From Sphyrna mokarran (Eukaryota), in the NCBI GenBank assembly GCA_024679065.1, contig JAGIQG010000010.1, positions 62,868,001 to 62,932,000 on the forward strand: DNA of 64,000 nucleotides. Reading direction: 5' to 3'. The translations under genes and the position numbers were made by a program. Each line of letters starts with the position of its first letter. The stretch's first letter is position 1. Below are positions 25,861-39,639 of the stretch, piece after piece. A model generated the notes under the pieces. It made no database searches. It worked only from the letters and a program-made list of their open reading frames with translations, and was not told the DNA's origin.

Positions 25861-26689
25861 ACAGAATGCTTTGGTTTTTTGACATTACATATTAAATAAC
25901 ATCAGTCTGCATCTCCTCCAACTCATCATGAGAAATATCAAGAGAGATTCACCAGCAGAAATAAAGTTATTGCTTTTGGTATTTATTTTGTCTATTGCAG
26001 TTGAAGCATCATATTTCTTGTATCACAAGTCAGGGAACACACCTCAGGCATTGCACTTGAAATGCAAAACACTTCACGTGCTTAACTCAAATTTTATATT
26101 CATAAAATAGTGGCAACAGAGCTAAAGATGTCAAGAATGTACAAATCAAGCTGAAGGAAAACATTGTAAAACCTCCAATAAAAAAATCTACTAGGGATGT
26201 AATAAAGCAAAAGAGCACGAGGGGTCAGCAAAATCTACCAATACACAAATGCAAATAAATCCAATCTTTCCAAATATATTTTTGTCAATTACATGTCTGT
26301 TTGTGCAGGCCCTACAATGTTGGGGATGTTTATTTCTTAGGCTATCTCCTAGGATCAAGGCTGACTTGCCTCCACTTTGGTTCAATGGGATGAAATTTTC
26401 TCATCCCGCTTGCCACAGAAACCATAGCAGGTGGGACAGGACCGTGCAAAGACCTTGGGCAGAATTTTCTGGTCTTGAAGCACGGCCATAAAATCCCACC
26501 CATAGTGTTTGCAGGTTTGTGTGCTGTCTCTGACTCCCTGAAAGTGTCCTTGCATGTTCCTGACAAAGTCTGTTGAAGTGTTTGGTGCCTTCCCGATGAC
26601 CCATCTCCATTTTGGTCAGTCACATGTACGGGGCTCCCATGTCTGATCACTTCAGAGATGCTTCGAGGACATCCCAAAAGCATTTCCAC

Positions 26690-27210
26690 TATTCCCTTGG
26701 GAGTCTGGTATCAGGCAGACAAAGGACGTGTTCTGCCCAGTTTGCATTGATTTCTGAGTGATTAGTTCCTTGATATTCGCCAGGCTGGCTTAAATGAGGA
26801 TGCTGCTGTTACACTACATCTCTTGCCACCAGGATCTTAAAAAGGTACCACTGGAGGTACTCAAATTTTGGGGTGCTTTGAGGTACCTACTAAAGGTTGC
26901 CCAAGCCTCTAATGCATAGAGAAATCCAGGGATTACCGATGACCAGTAAACAATGATCTTAATCCTGGATTTGAGATCTTGGTCCTTAAAGTACTTCTCC
27001 TAAGTAGATCAAAGACTGAGATGGCACATCAGAGACAATGACAGCCTTTATTGACAGGAGGCTCCTAAAATATGGAAGTAGTATCTATTTTACAGGATCT
27101 CACCATTCATCTTAATTGATGGAGTTGGGGTAGTGAGGGGTGGAGGGGATTTGCTGCTCTTCTATGGGACCTGGTTCAATTGAGCCTTAGTTTTCTAGGT
27201 GTTTAGTGAA
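26690..27210 (-). mobile_element. RTE-clade LINE, C-terminal RT region
   Basis: Minus-strand remnants IKMNGEIL, ASLANIKELITQK and WAEHVLCLPDTRLP (RTE motif WAGHVVRMPDTRLPK). Confidence 0.7.
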
Positions 27211-27624
27211 AGATTCATTACAAAGATCACTCCTCAATTGCTTCCCAGTAGACAAAGAGTCACAGTGAGATTTTACCACCAAGAAGTGCCAAAGACATAT
27301 TCTTCACTGCACAGCCTTATCTTAGTGAAGACTGGGTTTAAACAAAGCTGTGTCATTGCATCAACTCTTTTCTCCGTCTTCTTTGTTGTAATGCTGCCCC
27401 TCATCTCCAACAAATTAATCAGATGTGGAGATCATTTGTACAACATACATGAAGCTATTCAACCTATGTCACTTTTAATCAAAAACCCAAAACTCTCCAA
27501 TCTCAGTCATTGATCTTCAGCCTACAGAGGTTGTAGTGGCTTGAACTGGTGCAGCAACTGAGTTCCAGATCATTATCCACTTCTTCTCCAAAACATTTGA
27601 GAAAATGGGCCATTCACTAAACAC
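27211..27624 (+). mobile_element. RTE-clade LINE, RT core (inverted 5' segment)
   Basis: ORF 27199-27513 contains VKTGFKQSCVIASTLFSVF (RTE motif VKTGVKQGCVIAPTLFSIF); ends FSKTFEKMGHSLNT. Confidence 0.75.
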
Positions 27625-27649
27625 GTGGTAGGATACGTACGTATAGTAT

Positions 27650-30600
27650 TATTATGTATTGGGGTTGTTATTGTATTACAGCACTGTCTCTTTTAGAGAA
27701 TATCATGTGCACAGTTTGATTTGATTTATTATTGTCACATGTATTAGCATGCAGTAAAAAATATTGTTTCTTGCATTCTATACAGTTAAAACATACCATT
27801 CATAGAGAAGGAAAGGAGAGAATGTGGAATGTAGCATTACAGTCATAGCTAAGGTGTCGAGAAAGATCAACTTAACTTAAGGTAGGTCCATTCAAAAATC
27901 TAATGGCAATAGAGAAGAAGCTATTTTTTGAGTCAGCGATCTCAAACTTTTCTATCTTTTTCCTGACAGAAGAAAGTGGAAGAGAGAATGTCCGGGGTGT
28001 TTGAGGTTCTCAATTATGCTGGCTACTTTTCTGAGATGCAGGAAGTGTAGTCGGTGTTGATGGATGGGAGGTTGGTTTGTGTGATGGATTGGATTTCATT
28101 CATGATCCTTTCTAGTTTCTGGCGGTCTTAGATCAGGAAACATACCAAGCTGTGATACAACTGCAAAAAAATGTTTTTATGGTGCATCTGTAGAAGTTGG
28201 TGAGAGATGTAGTGGACATGCCAAATTTACTTAGTCTCTTGAGAAGGTAGAGGGTTGGTGGGCTGTTTTCACTGTAGTGTTGGTATGGGGGGAGCAGGGC
28301 AGGTGGGTGATGATCTGGACACCTAAAAACTTGAAGCTCTTGACCATTTCTACTTGGTCGCCATTGACGTAGACAGGGGCATGCCCTCCATAATGCTTGC
28401 TGAAGTCGATGACTATCTGTTTTGTTAACATTGAGAGAAAGATTATTGTTGTTGCACCAGTTCACCAGATTCTCTATCTCTTTTCTGCAGGCCATCAACA
28501 TTACAGTAGTGTCATCAACATCAATGTTGAGGATGATTGTGGAGAAGGTGCTGTTGCCTATCCTTATTGATTGTGATCTATGGGTTAAGGAGTTCAGGGT
28601 ACAGTTGCAGAGTGAGGAGCTGAGTCCCAGGCCATAAGAGTTTGGAAATGAGTTTCATAGCAATAATGGTGTTAAAGGCTGAGCTGTAGTAGGAGTCTAA
28701 CATAGAAGTCCGTTATCTAGGTGTTCCAGTGTTGAGTGTAGGGAGATGGTGTCTGCTGTGGACCTTGTGGATTAGGCAAATTGTGGTGGATGTAGGTAGG
28801 CTGGGAGGCAGGAATTGATTTGTGACATGATTAACTTTTCAAAACACTTTATAGTGATGGATGTCAGAGCCATAGACGATAGTCATTAAGACACACTGGC
28901 TGAGTTTTCTTTGGTAGCAGGATGATGGTCATCATCTTGAAGCAGGTAGGGATCTCAGATTGGTGTAAAGAAAGGTTGAAGATGTCTGTGAATACTTCTG
29001 CCAGCTGATTCAGGCAGGGTCTGAGTACTCATCTGGGAACTCTATCGGGGCCAATCACTTTCCGTGGGTTGATTTTTGAGAAGGCTGCTTTGATGTCAGC
29101 GATGGTAACCTTGGATACAGGTTCGTCCGAGGTTTCTGACCTTTTGCTCAAAATGGATATAGAATGCATTGAGCTTATCAGGGAGGGGTGCATTGGAGCT
29201 GGCGAATTTATCTGCCTTCATCTTGTAGTCTGTTATGGTTTGCTGACCTTGTCATAGTTGGCGGGAGTCTGTGTGGCTAGGCTGGGACTTTAGCTTGGTC
29301 TGGTACTGTCTTCTGGATATTTGATGGATCACCGTACTTCATATTTGACTTTCTTGTATAGGCCAGTGTCACATAATTTGAACGCCTCAGACCAAGACTA
29401 CAGCAGGCAATGGATATCTCTGTTGACTCGTTTCCGGTTGGAAAACATGGATTTGCTTCTTTGGCACACAGTCTTCTATACACTTACTAATAAAGTCAGT
29501 TAGTGAAGTCAATTAGTGTATTCTTTCAGACTGAAAGCAGAATTTTTAAATACTGACCAATCCATTACTCTAAGCAGTCTCGTAGGAGATCATCTGATTC
29601 CTCAGACCACATTTCACAACTTTCTTTGACGAATTTCCTGGTCGATTTTTGCTTGTAAGCAGGAGCACAGCCTTGTGGTCTGATTTACCAAAGTGTAGGT
29701 GGATTGTGAAGCAGTAGGCATTCTTGATATTTGTGTAGCAGTGGTCTAGGACATTTCAGCTTTTGGTGGAACAGGAGATGTGTTGGTGGTATCTTGAGCT
29801 TGGCGTGATTGAAATCATTGATCATAATGAACAAGGCCTCGGGATGTTTCATCGCAACTCTATTTGTGGTGGTGTATATTTTGTCCAGCGTGATCTTCAC
29901 ATCAGCATGGGGTGGAATGTAAACTGCTATCAGGATAACAGAGGTAACTAAAGGTAGTAGGGGCAGCATTTTATCATCAGGTATTCATTGGCTGCTTCAT
30001 GGTTTTGTCCCAGTCTAGATCAAATCTTGTAGAGTTAACAGCTATTCAATAAACCCATCTTGTTGTTTGCACCCAACTCCGGATGCTATAACTTCATGTA
30101 CAATACATAACAAGATAAAATGAATACTGGCAATCAGGAGCAGATGAAATACCTTATGAGCAAAAAATAAAAAAGAAAATCAAAGCCGCATTTTCCAATT
30201 GAGAACTTTGATACTTTGACATAAAACAGGATCAACAGCAGGTCAGCCAATTGTATCTAGCATCAGACTGGCACATGCCAAGAGATTAGGTACTGTCAGT
30301 CAGACAGCCATGCCAATGCTGATATATTGTCAAGATTGCCTTTACCTTCTGCTCAAGAAGCGCCCAGTAGTGTTACTAATATCTTTAACTTTTTGCAGAT
30401 AGAACAAACCCCAGTGACTGCAGTTCAAGTCCAACAATACAGCAGAAATAATCCATTGATGAGGAAGGTACTGAAAATAAAAGGGGGAACTGCAGGAACA
30501 CATCCCGAATTAAACCCATATATTTCCAGGAAACTTGAATATAGGGTCGATCTTGTTATGGGGAATGAGGGTAATAATTCCTCCAAATTTGTGACATCCA

Positions 30601-31972
30601 GGTATAGTTCAAATGAAAGAACTTACGAGAAACCAATTCTGGTGCCTGGACCAGATGCCCAGACTGAGGAAAAAGCAGGACTGTGCCACTCATTTACAGG
30701 GATAAGGAATGCACTAATACTATCTCCATTGCATCCTTGGAATGGCCTAAAATGCTTAGTAATGTCTACACATTGACTTTTCAGGCACATATGAGGAGCA
30801 CATGTTCATGGTTGCACACTCCAATTAACTGGAAGTTGTCTCCTAATGAAGTCAACAACTACGGCACAAACCATTAAAAAACTCGATGAGATTTTTGTCA
30901 GATTTGGAAAACCAGGCCAAACTGTGAGTGATAATGGGCCACAATGGGCCACAGTTCATGGTTCAAGAATTCAGAGACCACTTAAACATGAGTGGTATCC
31001 AATACATAAAATCAGCATCATCCTACCCATCAGTGAATAGATCAGTCGAAAGGATTAAGTCCTTGAAGCATTCACTGAACGCCTCCAAGGACCAAGGTTC
31101 ATTAAATAGCCATCTAACAGTTTCTTGATGATGCATCAGAACACTACACATGCACTCAGAGTTCCCCAACTTTACTATTACTTAACACAAAGCTGAGGAC
31201 TAAATTTAATCTACTTTTATCACAGGAAATGTCCAAGGTAGATGCTTGTTTCAACAAGGCAAGCATGTTTTAGCACACAGCTATACCATTAGTGAAAAGT
31301 AAATTCCTGTATCTGTATTGGCTCAATCTGGCCCTACCTCCTATACAGTACAGTACAGATGAGTTAGTGAGGATCAGTTGTTAGCTACACACATCAACAT
31401 GCCAGTACCATATATGTCAGAATTACTACAGGAGGAACCACCATCTATGTCACCAGATACTGTGACGACACCTTCTGGTCAATCAGCAGAAACTGAGATG
31501 GTTGGAAAATCTGTTGCTGTCAGTAATCTTGCTTCTGTAAAAGAGACTGTTCCACCTTCCAGGAATGAAACATCTTCTGAAGATCCGGAGGACAACCAAA
31601 TTCCTGAAGTGCACAGGGAACCAGTATGGAATAGATGCCTACCCAATAGTCTATATTACTCTACAATGATTATTGTCTGCCCTTGTATTATGTTTCATTG
31701 ATAATGTAAAAGTATTGTGGTTATTTGTTGCTATGAACTCTCAGCAGTAAAGGGGGAAGGATGTTATGTCTTTGGGGTTGTTGCTCTGTTTTGCGCTGTC
31801 CTTTAAGAATCTAACCACATGTGACATCACCAGCTGCTTCATGGGCTTTGCTTTAGTCTAGATCAAACCTGTGTACAGTTAACAGCTATTCAATTAACCT
31901 GCTTTGTTGTTTGTTCCCAATCCCAATTCTATCACTTCATGTTCTTTTACTCTAGGACTGCAGTACGTAACA
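27650..31972 (+). mobile_element. Internally deleted Gypsy/Ty3 LTR retrotransposon
   Basis: 5' LTR is split (27650-27713 and 29988-30112). 3' LTR at 31762-31972 (TGTTATGT...ACGTAACA). PBS-like tggcaatcagga at 30128; polypurine tract agggggaagga at 31751-31761. Remnants HANADILSRLPLP, LHPW and MKSTTTAQTIKKLDEIFVRFGKPGQTVSDNGPQ (integrase). Confidence 0.85.
27714..29985 (-). mobile_element. Rex1/Babar-clade LINE, decayed, inserted in the Gypsy 5' LTR
   Basis: RT remnants EIENLVNWCNNNNLSLNVNKT, VEMVKSFKFLGVQI and LTNFYRCTI; endonuclease remnant VILIAVYIPPHADV...DFNHAKLK; tail aataataaatcaaatcaaa. Confidence 0.88.
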
Positions 31973-34900
31973 CACAGAATAATGACACTTTCAGATTTTC
32001 TGAACTTCAGCTTTTAGATAATCCTTTAGAAGAAAAACTCTTGAGTTCAAATGGCCCCTATTTCTTCTACAGAGCTCTGCCTAATAGTGGTTAGATTTTA
32101 CTGCTGTCCAGCTCACTTTCAGCCAACTCTTGGGTGGGCAGTCTTAAATCAACATGAGACTCTGCCCACACCCTGAAATCTGTCCAAGTGCCAAGATTCA
32201 GATTTACAAATGTGCAATTCACCTCACACATGCTCTTCTGTAAATTGGCTTGGGACCAGCATATTCTATGAAAATGTTTGCTTCAAATCAGAATAGAAAA
32301 CTTTTAGATGTCTTGTTACTTATGTTTAGGTATTGACATTGATTTACTATTTTTCATTTATGATTAGCAGAACGGCAAGAGTTTAATATGTATAAAAGAA
32401 GTTTTCATTTTTTGCATTTCCTGTTTGCTTTGTGTTCTGAACAATGAAAGAATGGCACAATTTGACAAAATAAATTAATTTTAAGTTGCTTGGGAGGTGT
32501 GTCTGTTTAATGTGCATTTCTATCAACAGCTTGCTTACTGTGTATTTTTTTACACTGTCTATGGATGTACTCTACTACTAATTATTTCCCTATCTGAGGA
32601 TTAGCAATGAGTAATAATTACATAGCTAACTACAGAAATTGGAAGAGTACTGAAGCCCGTGTGCTACAAACATGAAGCTAATTATCTGCGTCAATATCTC
32701 TGTTGCGCTGGCTGCTTTGCCCTGAGTGTTTGAGGTAGTACCTATCAGTTTCTGTGCAAGATTACATGATAGTGTAAAAACATTGCCAACTGAAATCTCA
32801 ATCAGTTACTTCAACATATGTCACTGTTGAGAGTAACCCTTCATGATCCTTATCATCGATTGGGTTGGGCATTTTACTGGTAAGTACACTTTAAAATCTC
32901 GCTAACATAGTTGCCTCTATCCATGCTGCAAGAAAGTTGAAGGTGTTTCTAGGTCTTCATGGTGATAGTGGGGATAGTCATGAAAAATGGCCCACATCAG
33001 GTTTCCAATGCGATTGTCACAAAATTTCCCATCGATGTTCCCCATGTGTTCAATGCGAGATTATCATGAAGCAAGCAACATCTATCATGTCATTCATGGA
33101 AGATGACAACACGTATCCAAGTGCCAGACTCACCTAACCAATCAACTCATCTTTCAATGTTGTACGCAAGGAGATAAATAAGTATTCAATATTATGCTGT
33201 TGATGTACCATCCGCTGTTTAAAAACAGGCCTCTAAAGTTATCCTCTGAGAACTCAGAAAACAATGACAAATTGTAATTATGTAGCACCTTTAATGGAGA
33301 AAATTGTTCCAAGGTGCTTCACAGAAGTATAATCAGACAAAAGGGGCACTCAGCCTCTTGGGATTGGTTCTTCATCAAGGAAAACACTGATAACTTTTCA
33401 TCACCGATACTTGGTGCTTCATCCTGTGTAGTACATCACTATCTGTTTCTCAATTAGTATGTGCATCTGGACTGCTGCCTGCTTCAAGTGTGCACCTGGT
33501 GGTACATTGTGTTCCCCTTGTCTTCTAAAGAGAGCAGATGGTACATTATGGGGTTGAATTTCTGCTGAGCAATACTTTTAGGACAAAATTAACCCAGAAA
33601 ATTCCAATTTGCACTTTCGAACCAAACCCTTTGCCCATTTCTTTGAAAAAGGTGAAAAATTTTGGTAACATAACTCACATAGGAATTTTAAACAAGCATG
33701 CTAAAAAGAAATCGGTTCGGCAAAATTACAATCCCATGTTGAGTAACATATCTACCTTTGAATTTTGTACTATCATATAATATAAAGCCACCACGTGGGC
33801 ATTTTGATTGAATATATCATAGTGTTTAAGATTATCTGAATCAAGCACTAATTCCCTGCGTGAGTCAGCCAGTAACAATATAATTTGTGAAAAGGAGTGG
33901 TGAGCACTTTTAGAAATGTCTGAAACTCTAATTATTCCATGCAATGCTATGCACTAAACAAGATGAGGAACAGAACAAAGTTTTCTCATTCCTCTTCTCA
34001 GACAGGGGTGGTATTTTCAATCTTGTCTCAAAATGGAATCTAAATCAATGGACAACCATGGGTCTTTCTCAAGATTTGAATCAAAGTGCACTTACTTCTG
34101 CAATTTCAGAAAACGGGAGAGTTGACCAGCTTCTGCATTGAGATTGCGAGCAGATTGGACCTATCAGTATTAAATAAATCCCAGAGGAGTGTAAGAACAA
34201 ACTAGAAGCAGGCTAGGAGATTTTACATGGGTACCAAAATGAAAGCTTACCTCTTGTAGGGTAATCTCCATTGTTTCTTTTAATGCCCAATGCATCGGTC
34301 ACCTAACCTTTGATCTAACAGAGACTCAACAACATCACACATATTCAATGCATTTGTACATTAAAATTGCAATCAGAATCCGCCAAGAGATCTAAGACAT
34401 GATTTCCATATTTAATAAGCATCCCATCTGCTTTGAAAATGATGCTGGCCCTTCATTTAAAGGCCTGCTTGCAATATGAATCGGATGAGCAATTGGTTGT
34501 CCATCAAACTTTCCTCTGCCAGTTACCCATTTTCCAGTGAGAAATGGGCAGTTAAGATTTGAAAATCTCTGTGCAACAGTAACAATCACCCTTATATGAC
34601 CCTTGCGACTGGAGTGCATACCCTTGGTAAAGTGGTCCTATGCTTCTATTACCTGCAATTTCTTCAAATAAGTTGCACATTGAAACCCTTACAGAATCCT
34701 TCTGAGCTTCGAGGCATCTTTGATCTTTTATAAAGCTACAGTATGTTCTGCACATTTCTGATGAGATTATAATCTTTCTTTCTTTCCAGTTCTTCTACTG
34801 ATCTCCAGAGCTTCAGATGTTGTGACAACGCAAAGACTTAACTCAAAGTAGAAAGATTTCCTATTTTTTAGGATTCCATACTCTGATGATGATATAACAG

Positions 34901-35614
34901 CTTTGCTGTTAGCGTTGTTATTAACTCCTCTCCACAATGAATGAAGGAGGGTTGAGATAGAGTAAAAATTTTTAAATGAGGAGCTTAACTCCAAAATGCT
35001 GTATTCATGCTCATTTTTGGTTTTTGCAACAGTGAATGGGGTGCCATGTCAGTATTTCACACCTGAAACAAAAGACGCATTAAGATACTTAAACTATATT
35101 CTAATAATGCCATTGAGAGCCCGATTTAAATTTAACTGTTGTCAAGCGTCTTTTCCAGCTCAGAAATGATGATTGCTGGGTCTTTTATAGCACTCCTTGT
35201 TTCAGAAGGAACAGGAGTGCTTTCCCTGCAGCCTAAGAAGGAAACCTTCAGCTTACCCTCGGCCATCCCCTGCCACTTCCTGTCTCTTACTGCAGTTAGT
35301 CCTAATCTCTGGTGCTCTTCACTCCCACTGCCACTCGCTTCACTCTCTTCCTCTCCCACACATCAATCAGGTTCCTAATCCCCATACTGTAGGCATGCAT
35401 CTATCAGAATGAGTAGTACATCCAAATGCTACTCGCAACTCAGGTGGAAAGTTCTCATAAGTACATTTCACATTGTACCTGGTTATCAATGCTTGCAGCC
35501 AAACTGCATTGGCTCAGTTATTCTGATTTCCATGATATTGGGAAATATGGCTTAATTGCCCATTGCAAAGATGACACCAATAAAATCACAAGGAAACTCC
35601 TGACAGTGAAACAG

Positions 35615-36084
35615 GAGGATGGAGGATAAGAGCAACACAATTTGAGGGTATGGAGAGAGAGAGAGAGAAACAACACAAACTGGAAAGAGGGAGAGTGAGA
35701 GAGCAAGCAACACAAACTGCAAGGAATGGGGAGAGAATGACATAAGCTGGGAGAGAGACAGAGAGACACAAACTGCTAGGGAAAGTAAGAGCAAGGCAAA
35801 CTGAGAAGGAAACAGTTAGAGAGCAAGCATTACAAACTGAGATAAGAAGGGAAGGAGAAAATGACACAAGCATAAAGAGAGAAAGTGACGCAAACTGCAG
35901 GAGAAAGAGAAAAAGAACGACATAAACTGAGTGAGGGAGAGTGAGAGAACAAAACTGAAGAAAAGAAAGAGAATGACATAAGCTGGGGAGAGAAACAGAG
36001 ACAGATGACAAATTGGGGAATGGAGAGAGAGACACACACATACAAACTCAAGAAGGGAGACAGAGTGACACAAAATGAGGGACA

Positions 36085-36085
<1 letters not shown>
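35615..36085. repeat. Degenerate purine-rich minisatellite
   Basis: Recurrent units of roughly 30 bp built from gagaga...gacacaaactg / gacataagctggg. Confidence 0.7.

Positions 36086-36166
<81 letters not shown>
36086..36166. repeat. (CA)n microsatellite, about 40 units
   Basis: Uninterrupted CA run. Confidence 0.98.
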
Positions 36167-36171
<5 letters not shown>

Positions 36172-39100
36172 GGGAGCGTAATATAAACAGGAGAGAGGGA
36201 AAAAGAGGGAGCAATATAAACTGATGAAGCGGTTTTTGAACTTTTATGACCACTTCACGGGTGCTTGATAAGTGTTAAAATTTTTCATACATTAATTATG
36301 AACATTTCAATAAATCCCTATTCTCATAAATTACATATTCTCAGGTTTTGGGGAAAGAAGAAAATTGAACCCACCAAAATATGCCTAGTATGAAGTGCAG
36401 TATTAAAAAAGAACAAAAGACTTTGAGTAAAAGTGGAAATGTCAATTTGAGCAAAACATTCTTCAGTGATTGATACAAAATTTCCTTACATAAGGTGAAT
36501 ATTTCTTTACTATTTCATGTACAAGTTTCTGAATTTGTTGGAAGGATTCTGTTTTCATAACAAGTCATTTTGCAAGTGATTTTTATCATTTGTAATAAGA
36601 TTGCAAAAGAAACAAATGTGGCATTATAATGATACAGATGACAAAAGGTTCTCAGTCTCAAGCAACACAAGGTGAGCCAAATTTATTTTTCATGATGGCC
36701 CTACTTTTTGATTTGCTTTGTTATTTATCTCTCCCTTCAAAGGACACAAAGTTACTAGTCCTGTTTCGGTGGAGACTGGCTTTCAAAGCATAGTTCTTAG
36801 TGACTATTAAGTAGATTATGTGAGTGGTATGGAGTTCTTATTTGTCATTCTGACCTTCATTCTTGATGTCCCTACTTTCCAGCATCAATGATTACACTGA
36901 TGTGGGAAACTCCCTTTGGTACTTCCAACTAGTTTTAGAAATTGGAAGTGGTATGGTAGAACTTTTTTGCTTGGGACTGAGCATTCACTCCTAGGGAGTG
37001 TTTGATCATCTAGTTTCCGGTGATTCAGGTGTCCTTCCATTGCCAAAGTTAAACTGTTTTTTTTATTTTGACAAAGCTTATAATTATAGTATTTAGACCT
37101 TTTATTATTTAGGTATGTTATTTTGTTATTAGTTACGATATATATATTTGTACACTTCCTGTTTGTGCAACTGCACTTCTCACTCAGATGGTACTTCTAC
37201 TCCACTCCTTGAATAACCTAAAGGAAAGTCAAGGTTTTCCACTCTGGAGAGAGACATTTCATGATTAATGAAATCTTTTTCTCATTTTCATATCTACTAT
37301 TTTCTTACATCTCATTGCTGGATACTTCCTCAATTTTTTTGTAATTTCATACAGTTCTCCTTTGCTTACTTTATATGGAATGTATACTTTATTTGAATGA
37401 ATCCTATTTTTATTCAGCTTTTCAGAATTCTATGAGAATTGGGCTGAACTTCCTGCATGCATCTGAATACATATGTCTTGGCCCAACTTCTGATTCCTGA
37501 ACACAGGATTTACACTGCCTGGCTACTTGTCACTGCTTATCACTTTTACCTCTTCTCTATCAGTATCCTTATCATGACATTGTTTAGAAGTTCAGTTGAC
37601 TCAATACCATTTTATTAAGATCATTCAATGATTTAATCATAGTTTTGTTAAAATTGGACCATTATAGCTCCAGTATAAGTTCACTGCATTTTTCACTGAG
37701 TGCCAATTGCAAATTCATATCAGATAGTCTTGTAATAAAACATGTCCTTGATGCTCAACAGTACTTTTAAACCAGTGTAGTATGTGGTACTTTTTTAGCA
37801 AAAATGCTAAGTTTTGCAAAAGAAAATGGGGCTCACTATTCACAGCCCACCAGTGTTGCCAGCAAGAACAGAGAATTTGGCATTCAGCAAGCCTCCATTC
37901 ATTGCAGCGGGACTGGAGAATCTCAACTGCAGGCAAGATCAGAGAATTCAACCCAATGTTTCAACTCAATTCATACAATGAAATGTTATAGGGACATAAG
38001 AGAGACATAGCTGACACAAACAATGGGGCTCTCCCTACCACCACCCCCGACACCAACAACGGGGTCTCCCCTACCAATGTCAACATCAGGGCACTCCCCT
38101 GGCAAAGGTTAGCACTTCTAAATTGGAAGTGCCAACCCAATATTATCAACCTGGGATACTATTCAGGGAGCAGTGCCCAGACATGTCCCTCTCTTACCAG
38201 GCCTCTACTTAGCTTGGCATCTCTGGCAGGATTCCCTCAACTGTTTCCTGTGTTCACAAGCTTATTGTGAACCTTGCCAACAAAATTTCAATATTTTGTG
38301 AGGGGGATATCCTTCAAACGTATGTTAATGCATTAAAATGTATTTAAATTAATTACATCACTAGCAAGGGGGTGGAGAAAATCAGCAAACATGATTTGTC
38401 CTCATTATCTACTCCCCATCAGCTTCTGTTCACTCTGACCTTTGAACTGATCTGTAACCTTTTTCATCTCTGGGTTCCACCTCTACCCTAAGCAAGATTG
38501 AACATATCAACCCTTGATACATTCTGCACAGTAAATATCACACTGGCCATATCCCACATCTCCCCCCTATCCCCATCCCCAACACTCCCACCCCACTAGA
38601 GGTGATAATTTACAAAAACAAATGGACAATGAAATCCAAAAATATTGACTCCCTCACAATATTCCTTACCTAATCAAAATCAGGAGTTAAATCTGACGCG
38701 TTGTCAAGCTTGCCTGCTGCTACTCCCTCTTCACGTCTTCAAAGTTTTTCCCTCTCCTGTTCAAATTTCCTGGCTTCCCTCTTTCTTTGCAATTTTTCAT
38801 TCCGTTTCTCTAACAAATGAAAAACCATACACCACAAGTATATTTCCACTGCCTCTTAAGTAGACATCCGATTCTCCCAAAATCAATAAAATATTATTTT
38901 TAGCTATGAAGTGTTTACTTCTGTTGTTTTCCTTTCTCGATCTGGTAATTTCTAACCGCAGAATTGTTATTCATGGTGAGAGGATTACTGGAGATCCTCC
39001 CCCTAGCACAAGCTAGATGAATCCTCCAGTTTTGTTTTAAATTCCAACAAATTTCATCTTTTCAGTCCAAATGTGAGTCTCTACCCATATGCCAGTGCAG

Positions 39101-39639
39101 GAAATCATCGAGACTTTTTGCTTCTAGTTGTTTTCTCTTTCTCTCCTTGACCTTAGTGGACTAACCCATCTGTGATCACCAGTGATATTTTAGGGAAGTT
39201 ATAACCCAATATCACAATGTTTCGTCTGTACCCTCCCCATCTCGATGTCTATCATCATGGTAATATGAATCACATGGGCCTTATATTCAGATAGGGACGC
39301 TAATTAGCTATCCTTGAGATCTAATTCTCTTTCATCTCAAAGTAAATGGATATTTTGAAGCACAACTTTTTACTACCCAACATTCTTAACACTTTTCTGG
39401 GACCTTGGAAACTCACAGTCTATCCGTTGTTTACACACAGGCCACTGCCGTTGTCTCCAAGTGTAAATTTTACTCTATTTAAAACACCATCACAAAACAC
39501 AACAATCTTGTAAACTATTTAATTGTAACAGAGAAGGATTTCTATCATAAAATGACAAGGTTGGCAGTAGAGAGAAATTGAAGGAAGATCAGAGGGTTAA
39601 GGCTGAAGCAGCTCAACATTATACCAGCAAAATCACAGA

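Noticed and set aside
30327-31701. ORFs 30327-30776 and 31378-31701 as host or domesticated genes
   Set aside because: Frameshifted Gypsy pol remnants lying between LTRs.
35518-36253. Cluster of hydrophobic minus-strand ORFs of 80-151 aa
   Set aside because: Translations of GA-rich and CA microsatellite sequence.
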